Shown here piece after piece: positions 45,018 through 54,918 of a DNA stretch of 64,000 nucleotides (its first letter is position 1; each line of letters starts with the position of its first letter). This stretch comes from a virus, in the IMG/VR virus record IMGVR_UViG_3300022752_000022, positions 85,599-149,598 of that record. One strand, 5' to 3'. The notes beneath the pieces are model-generated. The model was not told the origin of the DNA. It searched no databases and saw only the letters and a list, made by a program, of their open reading frames with translations. A program made the translations under genes and the position numbers.

Positions 45018-45973
45018 AATTCTCAGAATTTTTCCATAAAAAAGAATATGAATATGTAGACCAACTTCAAGAAAAGCAGATTGTCTATAACGGTGGCAAA
45101 GCATATGGTCAAGTTGTTTTTCTTGCAGGTGGAGCTGGTAGTGGCAAAGGCTTTGCAATTTCCAATTTCATGGAAGGTCCTAAGTTTAAAGTCATCGATG
45201 TTGACGAATTGAAAATGGCATTCCAGAAACTAGACTATTTGAATAAGTTTACGATGAAGCAACTATTAGCCAAATACGGCAATAAAATTAAGCCTCATGA
45301 AATGGAGATTGTTCAAAAGCAAGTCTTAGACAGAGACTACAGCATGAAAAATCTAAATCTTAGAATACCTGAGCATGTGTTTGCACTTCATGTATTGGTT
45401 CGTGCAACAGGCGCTAAAGATAAACTGATTGACATGATGCTTGACGGCGCAAAGCAAAGCAAGTTGCCGAACATTATATTTGATACGACGTTCAAAGATA
45501 TGGATGATTTGAACACTTACGTTCCGAAACTCATCAAAATGGGCTACGATCCAAAGAGTATACATATCAGTTGGGTGCTCACAAATTACCAAGTCGCTAT
45601 GAAAAATAACAGTGAAAGATCAAGAGTTGTGCCTGATGACATTCTTCTTCAGACGCATCAGGGTGCAGCAAGAACAGTCTTTGATCTAACAAAAACTGGA
45701 TTGCCTAAAGATGTAGACGGTGGTTTTTACGTCATTCTCAACAACCGTGAAAACACAATTGTCTGGATTGATCCAAAGACAAACAAACCTTACAAGAACA
45801 TGGGCAAGTACGATAAGAATGATTTAATTGTAAAAGATTTTAAATATCTGACACTCAAGAAACCCGGTAAACCAATGAATACGTCAGTTGAGATCAAAAA
45901 AGAATTGTTCAGTTGGATTAAGAATAATGTGCCGCCAGGATCCCTAGACACAGCAGAATTGGACAAACTATGA
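45014..45973 (+). CDS. P-loop kinase (zeta-toxin-like), probable internal head protein
   Basis: FLAGGAGSGKG, VIDVDE, IIFDTT, R.R.VP...L..H. Confidence 0.75.
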   Translation: MKFSEFFHKKEYEYVDQLQEKQIVYNGGKAYGQVVFLAGGAGSGKGFAISNFMEGPKFKVIDVDELKMAFQKLDYLNKFTMKQLLAKYGNKIKPHEMEIVQKQVLDRDYSMKNLNLRIPEHVFALHVLVRATGAKDKLIDMMLDGAKQSKLPNIIFDTTFKDMDDLNTYVPKLIKMGYDPKSIHISWVLTNYQVAMKNNSERSRVVPDDILLQTHQGAARTVFDLTKTGLPKDVDGGFYVILNNRENTIVWIDPKTNKPYKNMGKYDKNDLIVKDFKYLTLKKPGKPMNTSVEIKKELFSWIKNNVPPGSLDTAELDKL

Positions 45974-46206
45974 AACGGTTCAAAGATTATATCAATAATG
46001 CTGCGCCGCTATCTCAAGAAGACTGGGAAGAAGCCGTGTTTGGTGTAGAAATTTCAGAGGTGCTCAAACAAGTGAATGGCAAATGGGCCATTGTTTCAAA
46101 GAAAACCGGCAAGCCGTTAGCATACTACGACGGTGAGGGAAAGCCATCAGATGAATGGGTCGCAAAACAAGAACGAAGAATTCAATTTTTTAAACACAGA
46201 GGTTAA
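45970..46206 (+). CDS. Small hypothetical protein, probable internal head protein
   Basis: MKRFKDYI N-terminus; KW.IVSKKTGK...ERRIQFFKH. Confidence 0.65.
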   Translation: MKRFKDYINNAAPLSQEDWEEAVFGVEISEVLKQVNGKWAIVSKKTGKPLAYYDGEGKPSDEWVAKQERRIQFFKHRG

Positions 46207-47262
46207 ATGAGAAATTTTTTAGGGCGAGATGGATTCATTTGGTGGTTTGGCATTGTTGAGGATGCTAATGATCCACTCAAACTTGGTAGATGTCGAGTGA
46301 GAATATTTGGATATAATCCACCAATTTCAGATAATGCAGTCGTAACGGAAGATTTGCCGTGGGCGACAGCAATTCATTCTCCAAATACATGGGGCGTTTA
46401 TAACACTCCTGAAATTGGTGATTGGGTTTTAGGATTTTTTCTAGACGCAATGAACGCACAAGAGCCGGCTATTATTGGAATTATACCAGGCATACCTAAA
46501 AAGTCTAATCAATACTTCGGCAAAGAGCCAAGAGTATTTAAAGATACAAAACTTCCTGTTCGTTCATTCTCTTCTATCGTAAATTTTGTTGAGTCCTTAG
46601 ACTTAAATTGGAATTTAGCAAATACCATCATATGGGAATCTAAATCTGATAACAAGTCGAAAACTAAACACGGCAATTTTTTAATGTTTTATGATCAAGA
46701 GAATAATGAACAGGTTATATTAGCATCATCAAATAATCACATTATTCGAATGAGTGATAAAGAAAATGATAAATTTATTTCCATAATTTCAACAGCAAAT
46801 AATGTATTTAAAATTGATGATAATAATAACGCTATTAGTTTATTGCATAATAAAGGTAGTTATATTAATATTAATAATATTGGAATTACTTTATCAACAA
46901 ATACTGCTGCAAATGTAATTGTTTCAAATGAAAAAATAAGTCTTTATAGTAAAACTGGGCATACAATTGATTTGGATGAAACATCAAATAAGTTGACAAT
47001 TAAACATAAAGGCGGCACACAAATAGTAATAGATTCTACTGGAAAAATTATGATGACTGCTATTGATGATATTGAAATCAATTCAAAAGATATTGTAATT
47101 AATTCTGATAATTTTACAATAAATGCTGATAATGTTGATATAAATTCCACAGGAACTTTAGATTTATCTGGTGCCTCAGGATCAATTACAGCTACAGGCG
47201 GATTTAATGTTCATGCATCCGGTGTGCTTGATCTTCAGGGTTCAACGATTAATCTTAATTGA
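46207..47262 (+). CDS. gp5: Baseplate spike gp5 (OB-fold + beta-helix, no lysozyme domain)
   Basis: F.WWFGIVED.NDPL.LGRCRVRIFG...LPWA...G.WV.GFFLD...QEP.I.G. Confidence 0.92.
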   Translation: MRNFLGRDGFIWWFGIVEDANDPLKLGRCRVRIFGYNPPISDNAVVTEDLPWATAIHSPNTWGVYNTPEIGDWVLGFFLDAMNAQEPAIIGIIPGIPKKSNQYFGKEPRVFKDTKLPVRSFSSIVNFVESLDLNWNLANTIIWESKSDNKSKTKHGNFLMFYDQENNEQVILASSNNHIIRMSDKENDKFISIISTANNVFKIDDNNNAISLLHNKGSYININNIGITLSTNTAANVIVSNEKISLYSKTGHTIDLDETSNKLTIKHKGGTQIVIDSTGKIMMTAIDDIEINSKDIVINSDNFTINADNVDINSTGTLDLSGASGSITATGGFNVHASGVLDLQGSTINLN

Positions 47263-47271
47263 AGAAAACAC

Positions 47272-47616
47272 ATGGCCATAATTGCGTTTAACGAAGCATC
47301 ATTTAATACTGGACATCCATGTACAGTGACAGATACGCTACAAAATCCAATATCGACAAATGTTTTTATTCAAGGAAATCAACCACTTTTATCTGGCGCA
47401 GGAACATCGCACATTTATCAAACGCCAAAAACAATTTATGTTGGCGATCCTCCGGTGGCTGTGGTTGTACAAGTCTGTGAAGAAAGTCATGATATTGTAT
47501 ATAGTGGTGGCAGTTCCACTGTTTTTGTAAATGGACATCCTATAGGTTTTGTTGGAGATCCAGTTGAGGGTGGAACAATTAGTGGTCCTGGAGCAACAAC
47601 TGTTTTTTGTGGTTAA
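47272..47616 (+). CDS. PAAR-like spike tip protein (gp5.4)
   Basis: TGH.C...H....GSSTVFVNG.P.G.VGD...G..TVF.G. Confidence 0.8.
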   Translation: MAIIAFNEASFNTGHPCTVTDTLQNPISTNVFIQGNQPLLSGAGTSHIYQTPKTIYVGDPPVAVVVQVCEESHDIVYSGGSSTVFVNGHPIGFVGDPVEGGTISGPGATTVFCG

Positions 47617-47635
47617 CATATAAAAGGAGAATAAA

Positions 47636-47812
47636 ATGACAAATCACGAAAATTTAGTAAGTCTTTTTGAAACATATCTCACTGAAAATACAAAATTTGA
47701 AGAAAAATGTAATAAAGCTGCAGGAACAAGAGCGAGAAAAGCATTGTCTGAGATAGCAAAAGTTATAAAAGAAAGAAGAAAAGAAATTCAAGATACCAAA
47801 ACCGCATCATAA
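47636..47812 (+). CDS. Histone H1-like (Hc1-type) small basic protein, not in ORF track
   Basis: AAAAGGAG SD; MTNHENLVSLFETYLTENTKFEEKCNKAAGTRARKALSEIAKVIKERRKEIQDTKTAS*. Confidence 0.75.
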   Translation: MTNHENLVSLFETYLTENTKFEEKCNKAAGTRARKALSEIAKVIKERRKEIQDTKTAS

Positions 47813-47819
47813 ATAAAAC

Positions 47820-48200
47820 ATGGCAAAGACAATTTTTTATAAAGATTTACCATTAGATTTTACACCGCATCCTGTTTCAGGAGATGTTCGTCCAATAACA
47901 GATGAAGTGGCCATTCGGAGATCGCTATCAAATTTGATTCGCACAAGAAAAGGCACTAGACCATTTAGACCAGACTACGGTTCTAATATTCACAAATATC
48001 TTTTTGATTCCGGCGTTTTTGCTGAAGATGAATTAAATAGAAGTCTTTATGATACAATAGTACGACATGAACCTAGAGTTTTAGTCACAAAAATAGAATC
48101 TAAAATAGAAGGTGGTGGTATAGATATCACAATAGATTACATTTTGAAAAATGTGAATACACCAGGGAATATACAAACAACAATTAGAAGGGCCTCATAA
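47820..48200 (+). CDS. gp25: Baseplate wedge subunit gp25
   Basis: DL.LDF..HP, AI.RS..NLI.T..G.RPF.P.YG, EPRV; CATAAATA upstream. Confidence 0.93.
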   Translation: MAKTIFYKDLPLDFTPHPVSGDVRPITDEVAIRRSLSNLIRTRKGTRPFRPDYGSNIHKYLFDSGVFAEDELNRSLYDTIVRHEPRVLVTKIESKIEGGGIDITIDYILKNVNTPGNIQTTIRRAS

Positions 48201-50017
48201 TGGCACTGACAAAAGATTTAAAAGTTGATGGATTAGATTTTGAAAGCATAAAATCAAATTTTATTAATTATTTAAAAACTCAGGATCAATTCAGAGATTA
48301 TAATTTTGATGCTTCAGGAATGCAAGTTCTTTTGGATCTGCTCGCTTATAATACTTATTATAATTCATTTTATTTAAATATGATTGCTAATGAAAATTTT
48401 TTGGCCACAGCACAGAAAAGAAATTCTGTGGTTAATTTAGCAAGATCATTAAACTACACTCCACGATCAACGTCTTCCGCAAAAATTATAGGTCTTGCTG
48501 TGTTATCCGTTACTGGATCTCCAGCATTCATTACGATACCGGCATTTACAAAATTTCAAGGCGTTGTTGATGGCAAAACATATGTATTTAATACAACTGA
48601 AGCGATAACCGTTGTTTCTACAGATGGAATTTATTCTAAAGAAATAACTCTTACTGAGGGTCAGTACATAACGGAACGATTCACTGTAAACACGAACGAT
48701 CCTGATCAAAGATTTTTGATATCAAATAAAAAAATGGATACAACTACTATATCAGTTAGAGTTCAAAATTCATCTGTTGACCTTACAACAAGACTTTTTA
48801 CTAAACCCGATAATTTAGTTGAAATAGATGGAAATTCTCGAATATTTTTTATTGAAGAAGTTGAAGATGGTTATTATGAACTATTTTTTGGTGATGATGC
48901 TTTGGGTGTAGCTCTAGATAATAATAATGTTATTATTGTTGAATATCTAATATCAAACGGAAGTAATGGAAATGACGTTAAAAATTTAACTTATACCGAT
49001 TCAATAAACGGTGTTACAAATATAATTTTCATTGAAAATGAGTCTGCGAGTGGCGGCGCTGAAATAGAAACAACAAATAAAATTAAATTTAATGCTCCAA
49101 AATCATATGAAGCACAAAATCGTGCAGTTACAGTTGAAGACTACAAAGCACTTATTTTAAAGCAACCAAACGTGCAAAGTGTATCTATATGGGGCGGAGA
49201 AGATAATGTGCCGGCAACATATGGAACTGTTTATATTTCTGTAAAGCCTATTGTTGGTGAATTTTTATCATCATCCGAAAAAGATGTTATTATACAGAAC
49301 GTTTTAAAGCCCAAAAAAATTCTAACTGTAAGAAATGTCATTGTTGATCCTGAATACATTTATTTGATCGTAAATAGTACAGTTAAATACGATTCTAGAT
49401 TTTTGATCATTACAGAAAGCGCATTAAAATCTAAAATTATTCAAACAATTAAAAATTATAACGATGATGACATCAACGAGTTCTCAAAATATTTCAGATT
49501 CTCTAAACTATCTAGATTAATCGACACATCTGATCGTGCTATCATTAATAGTACAACGACGATTCAGTTAAGAAAAGAAACAGAAATAACACTCGGCCAA
49601 TCTAAAAAATATGAATTGTCTTTTTCAAACCCCATTAATAATACAACACTAGGTAGACCAAGCACACATCCTTATGGAATAGGCAATCAATTAACATCTA
49701 ATGAATTCAGTTATGCTGGATTTGAACGGTGTTTTTTGGAAGATAATAACGGAATCATCAGAGTTTATCGTTTATCAGGAACAACACGGGTTGGCGTGAA
49801 TAATGATACAGGAACAATTGATTATAACACAGGTAATGTTATATTAAATAGTTTTATGCCGACGGCTTTTGTAGATGGAGGTGTTACACTTAAACTTACA
49901 GCAAATTCTAGCGGTCTTGATATTTTACCATTGAGAAATCAGATTATTTCCATACGTGATGCAGATATAACCGTGAACGCTGTTGATGATAGAACAATTA
50001 GTTTAGTTAATAGATAA
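48200..50017 (+). CDS. gp6: Baseplate wedge subunit gp6
   Basis: LDF..IK, F.DYNF..SG...LLD.LAYNT, QNRAVT..DY, WGGE. Confidence 0.95.
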   Translation: MALTKDLKVDGLDFESIKSNFINYLKTQDQFRDYNFDASGMQVLLDLLAYNTYYNSFYLNMIANENFLATAQKRNSVVNLARSLNYTPRSTSSAKIIGLAVLSVTGSPAFITIPAFTKFQGVVDGKTYVFNTTEAITVVSTDGIYSKEITLTEGQYITERFTVNTNDPDQRFLISNKKMDTTTISVRVQNSSVDLTTRLFTKPDNLVEIDGNSRIFFIEEVEDGYYELFFGDDALGVALDNNNVIIVEYLISNGSNGNDVKNLTYTDSINGVTNIIFIENESASGGAEIETTNKIKFNAPKSYEAQNRAVTVEDYKALILKQPNVQSVSIWGGEDNVPATYGTVYISVKPIVGEFLSSSEKDVIIQNVLKPKKILTVRNVIVDPEYIYLIVNSTVKYDSRFLIITESALKSKIIQTIKNYNDDDINEFSKYFRFSKLSRLIDTSDRAIINSTTTIQLRKETEITLGQSKKYELSFSNPINNTTLGRPSTHPYGIGNQLTSNEFSYAGFERCFLEDNNGIIRVYRLSGTTRVGVNNDTGTIDYNTGNVILNSFMPTAFVDGGVTLKLTANSSGLDILPLRNQIISIRDADITVNAVDDRTISLVNR

Positions 50018-53000
50018 TGTCTGATTTAGGTTCATTTAAGCCTTCAATTCATCTTGAAGAACTTCTTTCTGAGGAGTTAAGGGACGGCTCAGAAAATTTT
50101 CTTCAGTTTTTAACTGCATATTATGAATGGCTTCAAACAACAAACATAACATATGAATCAGCAATTGGAAGTTTTACTAAAGATGAAATCATTATAGGAA
50201 CTTCAACTTTAGCACAAGCAACAATCAATCAAGTAGACACAACAAACAATCAATTAGTTGTCACAATGACAACTAATAAAGTATTTGATAATCAAGAAGT
50301 TTTTGCACAATCCATTCCAGAAGTTAGATTTAATGTAGAAAAAAACAGTAATACAATATTTTATTCATCTGCATATTCAAATACAGTTATATCAAATATA
50401 TCAATTGATGATGTCATTAGAATAAATGGCGAGAATCACGTTGTTGATACCGTTAACACAATAGCTATTGTCACACTTGAAAATCATGCAACTGGAGCAA
50501 GTTCCGCACCTATAGTTAAGTTGTCGCCGTATGTATCGATAACAAATATTGCCGATACTGAAACTAATCGTGCGACAATTCAAGATATATCTGATAATGT
50601 AATTCGAAAATCAGGAAAACTTTTAGAATATCGTGACCCAGAAAAAACTGTTGACAAATATGTAGATTTTTTGAAACAAGAACTCTACAGCACTTATCCT
50701 AAAGATTCTGTAGCAGATGAAAGAAAAATCGCAAGACGCCTTCGAGAATTTTATAAAACAAAAGGAAACGAGGAATCTTATCGATTTTTATTTAAAATGT
50801 TATTTGATGAGGAAATTGAACTTAAATTTCCAGGCGAAGATTTACTTCGTGTATCTGATGGTAAATTTGAAAAAACAAATATACTTCGAATTGAAGCAAC
50901 ACCAACAGTTTTTAATTTTTTAAATAGAACAGTTGTTGGAGCGAATAGTGTCGCTCTCGGAACAGTAGTTGATATTCGAAAAATCATTGTATCTGAAACA
51001 GAAATTGCACAAGCTGAATTGGGTATTGTTATTGGAACTTTTGAAGCAGGCGAATCTATTTTTGATGTTACTAACTCTGAATTGTCTGCAAATCTTTATG
51101 GTATAGTCTCAGGATTTCAAATTGTAGATGGTGGTTCAGGATATGAAGTTGGTGATGAGATTATAATTTCAGGTGATGGTAGCGATGCTTCCGCGAAAGT
51201 ATCTTCTATTCGAAGATCGCCAGTTTACAAATTAAAAATAAACAAAAAAGGTTATGGTTATCGTGAAGGCGTTGTTGCAACTGTAGACAATACAGCAACT
51301 GGTGGTGAAGGATTAATTGTCGGTGTTGGTGATATTGCAAACACATATGTCGTTGAAGAGCCGGCCGGAACTTTTTATGAAGTTGGTGAAATATCAGAAA
51401 TTTTCATTCTTGACAGAGGTTCAGGATACGCTAAAAAACCAACAATAACACTTATAGATCCTATCATTGAACCTTTAGGAATGCTTCACACTGATCTCAT
51501 AACAATTGATAATGGAGGTGGTGGATATGCAATTGGTGACGCACTTACATTCGCTGGAGGCGCAGCACCAACGACGGCCGCGGTGGGTCAAGTTGCTTCC
51601 GTAACTGGTTCAAATAATATCATCTTTGAAGATAGCACAAATATTTTATTTGATAATAGTTATCTTAGAACAGACTTTAGAATATTTTTTCAGCAATATC
51701 CATTAAACTTTTATATTTCCGGTTTAGGAGATATTGTACGCTGGGTATATTATCCAGGAATTATACCAACATATAGAGTGATAGGTCTAAATGAAAGAGA
51801 TGTTCTAAAAGAAGAAGGAACTTTACCGACTGGCGCAATTGTGCGTATTGAATTAACAAATGACGGCCGCGGATATGATCATGAAGACTTGCCAACAATA
51901 GGAGTTACAAGTTCAGGTGGAGCAGGTGCAGCATTTACTCTTGAAGGCATTCAAGGTAGAAGTGCCAATGTTGAAGTCGATACAGCAAACGTTGAACCAA
52001 AATATGGTATAGGTTCTATACGTGACGTTGAGATTTTGAATTATGGTTTAGATTATTCAACAGCAACGGCTGATCTTACGGGATCAGGTGATGGAAACGC
52101 TAACTTAATACCAATCGTTACAGGATCAGGCACATCAAAAGGTTTCTTTAGAAACGATGATGGTAAAGTTGATTATAAAGTTATTCAAGATTCTGAATAT
52201 TGGCAAGATTTTTCATATGTTATAAAGAGTGGTCTTGTCATTGAGAGATATTCAGACATTGTTAAAGAAATTCTTCATCCAGCTGGAACAGTTTTCTTTG
52301 GTGAAATTCTAATTTACAATGTCATTAGCGTTACTCCGAAATTTACTGGCATTGTTGATGTCATTAATGCAATTGAAAATTATTTTATTTACATCACATC
52401 ATTGGTACAAACATTAACTGGATCAGATCCACAAAAAATTGAAAAAGAAATACCTCTTGAAGCACTAGATCCGGCACCTCTAGTAAATGATAATAATATT
52501 GATCCTGTTGTTATCATAGAAAAATCAATTGATGTCACCGGTCAAGAACACACATCAGAATACGTTATAGATATTTCTTTAGATGTTGATACCATTACGA
52601 ATTCAGATCCACAAAAAATTGAAAAAGAAATACTTCTTGAAGCACTAGATCCGGCACCTTTAGTAAATGATAATAATATTGATCCTGTTGTCATTATAGA
52701 AAAATTAACAGATGCTAGCGGCAACGAACGGACACCAGAATATGAATTAAATCTAGAAATACCCATAGATGTTACCGGTCAAGAACACACCGAATATGAA
52801 TTAAATCTAGAAATACCTGTAGATGTCGCTATTGAAAAACATACCGAATACAATATTGAATATCAAACTTATGGTGATGTTTCTGCGGTTGGTCCTGACC
52901 AACAAAGTTTAGAAAAAGAAATTCAAATTATTATCAATTCAATTGGAGATGAACACACCGAATATGAATTAAATCTAGAAATACCTGTAGATGTCGCTAT

Positions 53001-53526
53001 TGAAAAACATACCGAATACAATATTGAATATCAAACTTATGGTGATGTTTCTGCGGTTGGTCCTGACCAACAAAGTTTAGAAAAAGAAATTCAAATTAAT
53101 ATTGATGCTATTACAGAAAAAGCAGCAGAATATATAGTTGTGACGGAAATAGATGTAGTAAATTCTGAAGTAACTGTACCACAAGGTCCCATTACATCCA
53201 CATACGGAAGACAACAAATCATAGTTTTTGCGGTGGATCAAATTTCATCTATACAAGATAGAACATTCGACACTGAATATTTAACAACTGTTGATATATG
53301 GAGAAGAATAACAGGAACAGTCAATGTTTTATCTTATCCACTTTCATCTGTATCAAATATAGTTTTTGGTACAGGAGGAACAACGTTTTTATCGGAATTT
53401 ATTGAAGATTCACCAATTACAATTGAAAATGAAAAATTCTTGGTTAAAAGCGTTGCGAATAACGAGTACATGGAGCTTAAAGTTCCTGCTCAAACTAATT
53501 ATGTTAATGTTTACGCATATCGTTAA
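50017..53526 (+). CDS. Baseplate wedge protein gp7-like
   Basis: FL.AYYEWL, FY.TKG.E.S..FLF..LF, IQDS.YWQDFSYVIKS, HPAG; lies between gp6 and gp8. Confidence 0.8.
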   Translation: MSDLGSFKPSIHLEELLSEELRDGSENFLQFLTAYYEWLQTTNITYESAIGSFTKDEIIIGTSTLAQATINQVDTTNNQLVVTMTTNKVFDNQEVFAQSIPEVRFNVEKNSNTIFYSSAYSNTVISNISIDDVIRINGENHVVDTVNTIAIVTLENHATGASSAPIVKLSPYVSITNIADTETNRATIQDISDNVIRKSGKLLEYRDPEKTVDKYVDFLKQELYSTYPKDSVADERKIARRLREFYKTKGNEESYRFLFKMLFDEEIELKFPGEDLLRVSDGKFEKTNILRIEATPTVFNFLNRTVVGANSVALGTVVDIRKIIVSETEIAQAELGIVIGTFEAGESIFDVTNSELSANLYGIVSGFQIVDGGSGYEVGDEIIISGDGSDASAKVSSIRRSPVYKLKINKKGYGYREGVVATVDNTATGGEGLIVGVGDIANTYVVEEPAGTFYEVGEISEIFILDRGSGYAKKPTITLIDPIIEPLGMLHTDLITIDNGGGGYAIGDALTFAGGAAPTTAAVGQVASVTGSNNIIFEDSTNILFDNSYLRTDFRIFFQQYPLNFYISGLGDIVRWVYYPGIIPTYRVIGLNERDVLKEEGTLPTGAIVRIELTNDGRGYDHEDLPTIGVTSSGGAGAAFTLEGIQGRSANVEVDTANVEPKYGIGSIRDVEILNYGLDYSTATADLTGSGDGNANLIPIVTGSGTSKGFFRNDDGKVDYKVIQDSEYWQDFSYVIKSGLVIERYSDIVKEILHPAGTVFFGEILIYNVISVTPKFTGIVDVINAIENYFIYITSLVQTLTGSDPQKIEKEIPLEALDPAPLVNDNNIDPVVIIEKSIDVTGQEHTSEYVIDISLDVDTITNSDPQKIEKEILLEALDPAPLVNDNNIDPVVIIEKLTDASGNERTPEYELNLEIPIDVTGQEHTEYELNLEIPVDVAIEKHTEYNIEYQTYGDVSAVGPDQQSLEKEIQIIINSIGDEHTEYELNLEIPVDVAIEKHTEYNIEYQTYGDVSAVGPDQQSLEKEIQINIDAITEKAAEYIVVTEIDVVNSEVTVPQGPITSTYGRQQIIVFAVDQISSIQDRTFDTEYLTTVDIWRRITGTVNVLSYPLSSVSNIVFGTGGTTFLSEFIEDSPITIENEKFLVKSVANNEYMELKVPAQTNYVNVYAYR
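52422..53098. repeat. Internal duplications in the gp7 acidic C-terminal region
   Basis: About 100-bp repeat at a 180-bp offset (52422/52602) and about 148-bp repeat at a 168-bp offset (52783/52951). Confidence 0.9.
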
Positions 53527-53536
53527 ACAATTTGAT

Positions 53537-53544
53537 TATAAATA
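53537..53544 (+). promoter_or_regulatory. T4-type late promoter
   Basis: TATAAATA upstream of gp8. Confidence 0.8.
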
Positions 53545-53572
53545 ACCAACGAAGTATTTTAGGGAGATTATA

Positions 53573-54898
53573 ATGCCTGCAATCGTAACACACAAATTTA
53601 GAATTCACAATGCACAGCAATTCACTGAAGCATTTGATGAGACAGCAAACACCGTCGTATATCTTTATGTTGGTGGACCATCAGCATTCGGCGCATCAAA
53701 TGACGGCGGTACTGATCCTAGCCCACCAACACCAACAAATTCTACAGCAAACGTTGAATATTTGCCATGGAATGATATGATTGGTGCTAAACGTGCAACA
53801 GCGGCAGATGTTTCATTAGCCATTCCACGATATAACTGGACTTCAGGAACAACATACAAAATGTATGATGATGCTGACACTAATTTGATCGAAAGTGATG
53901 ATTTTTATGTCATGACAGATGAATATAATGTTTATAAATGTTTGAGAAATTCTGCTAACGGCGTCACAGCAGTACCGTCAACAACAAAACCAACAGGTGT
54001 CAGCACAGACTTTTTTGAAACTGCTGATAACTATGTATGGAAGTTTATGTACAAAGTGACAACTTCCGATGCTCTAAAGTTTTTAACCAATGATTACATT
54101 CCAGTTAAACTTCTCACATCGGATGATGGAAGCGATCAATGGGATGTGCAGTCATCAGCAACTGATGGCGGTATTCAAGCCATTAAAGTTACTGCGGGAG
54201 GAAGTGGATATACTAACGGTAACGGTTTAAGTATTGTGACAATTACTGGCGACGGAACTGGTGCAACTGCAACAGCAAACGTAACATCAGGAATTCTTCG
54301 TAGTATTACTGTTACAAATAAAGGAACAGGATATAATAATGCAACTATATCTATTACAGGTGCAAATACTGGAACAGCGACAGCTACAGCAGTCATTTCG
54401 CCTAGAGGCGGACATGGATCAAATCCTGTTGAAGAACTTGGCGGCAAATATGCTATGGTCAATGTGCGTTTAGATGGTAATGAAGCAAATACAATTTCTA
54501 CAGCAAATGACTTTAGAAAGGTTGGTTTGATTCGTGATCCATATGACTATGGTACAACAACTAGAGCACTTGCAACTAATAAACGTCAAACATTTAGATA
54601 TACTGTAACGAGTACATCAAACATTGTCGTTGATGATACAATGACAGTTGGCGCAAACACTGCCAAAGTTATTGAAGTTGATACTGTAAACAGCTATGTA
54701 TTTACGACAAAACCTCTACCAAGAAATTTTACGGCAGCAGCGTTTACAACTTCAAGTGGTGGATCAGGTACAATTTCTTCAATCAGTACACCAGGTCTAC
54801 AACCATACTCAGGTGATGTAATGTATACGGAATATAGAAGTCCAATTTCTAGAGCGGAAGATCAGATTGAAGATGTTAAGTTAATTATTGAGTTTTAA
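53573..54898 (+). CDS. gp8: Baseplate wedge subunit gp8
   Basis: FRIHNA..F, PRYNW.SG..Y, FYVM...YNVYKCL.N, D.Y.WKFMY, EDVKLIIEF. Confidence 0.92.
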   Translation: MPAIVTHKFRIHNAQQFTEAFDETANTVVYLYVGGPSAFGASNDGGTDPSPPTPTNSTANVEYLPWNDMIGAKRATAADVSLAIPRYNWTSGTTYKMYDDADTNLIESDDFYVMTDEYNVYKCLRNSANGVTAVPSTTKPTGVSTDFFETADNYVWKFMYKVTTSDALKFLTNDYIPVKLLTSDDGSDQWDVQSSATDGGIQAIKVTAGGSGYTNGNGLSIVTITGDGTGATATANVTSGILRSITVTNKGTGYNNATISITGANTGTATATAVISPRGGHGSNPVEELGGKYAMVNVRLDGNEANTISTANDFRKVGLIRDPYDYGTTTRALATNKRQTFRYTVTSTSNIVVDDTMTVGANTAKVIEVDTVNSYVFTTKPLPRNFTAAAFTTSSGGSGTISSISTPGLQPYSGDVMYTEYRSPISRAEDQIEDVKLIIEF

Positions 54899-54918
54899 TT
54901 TAATCGGAATATCAACAT

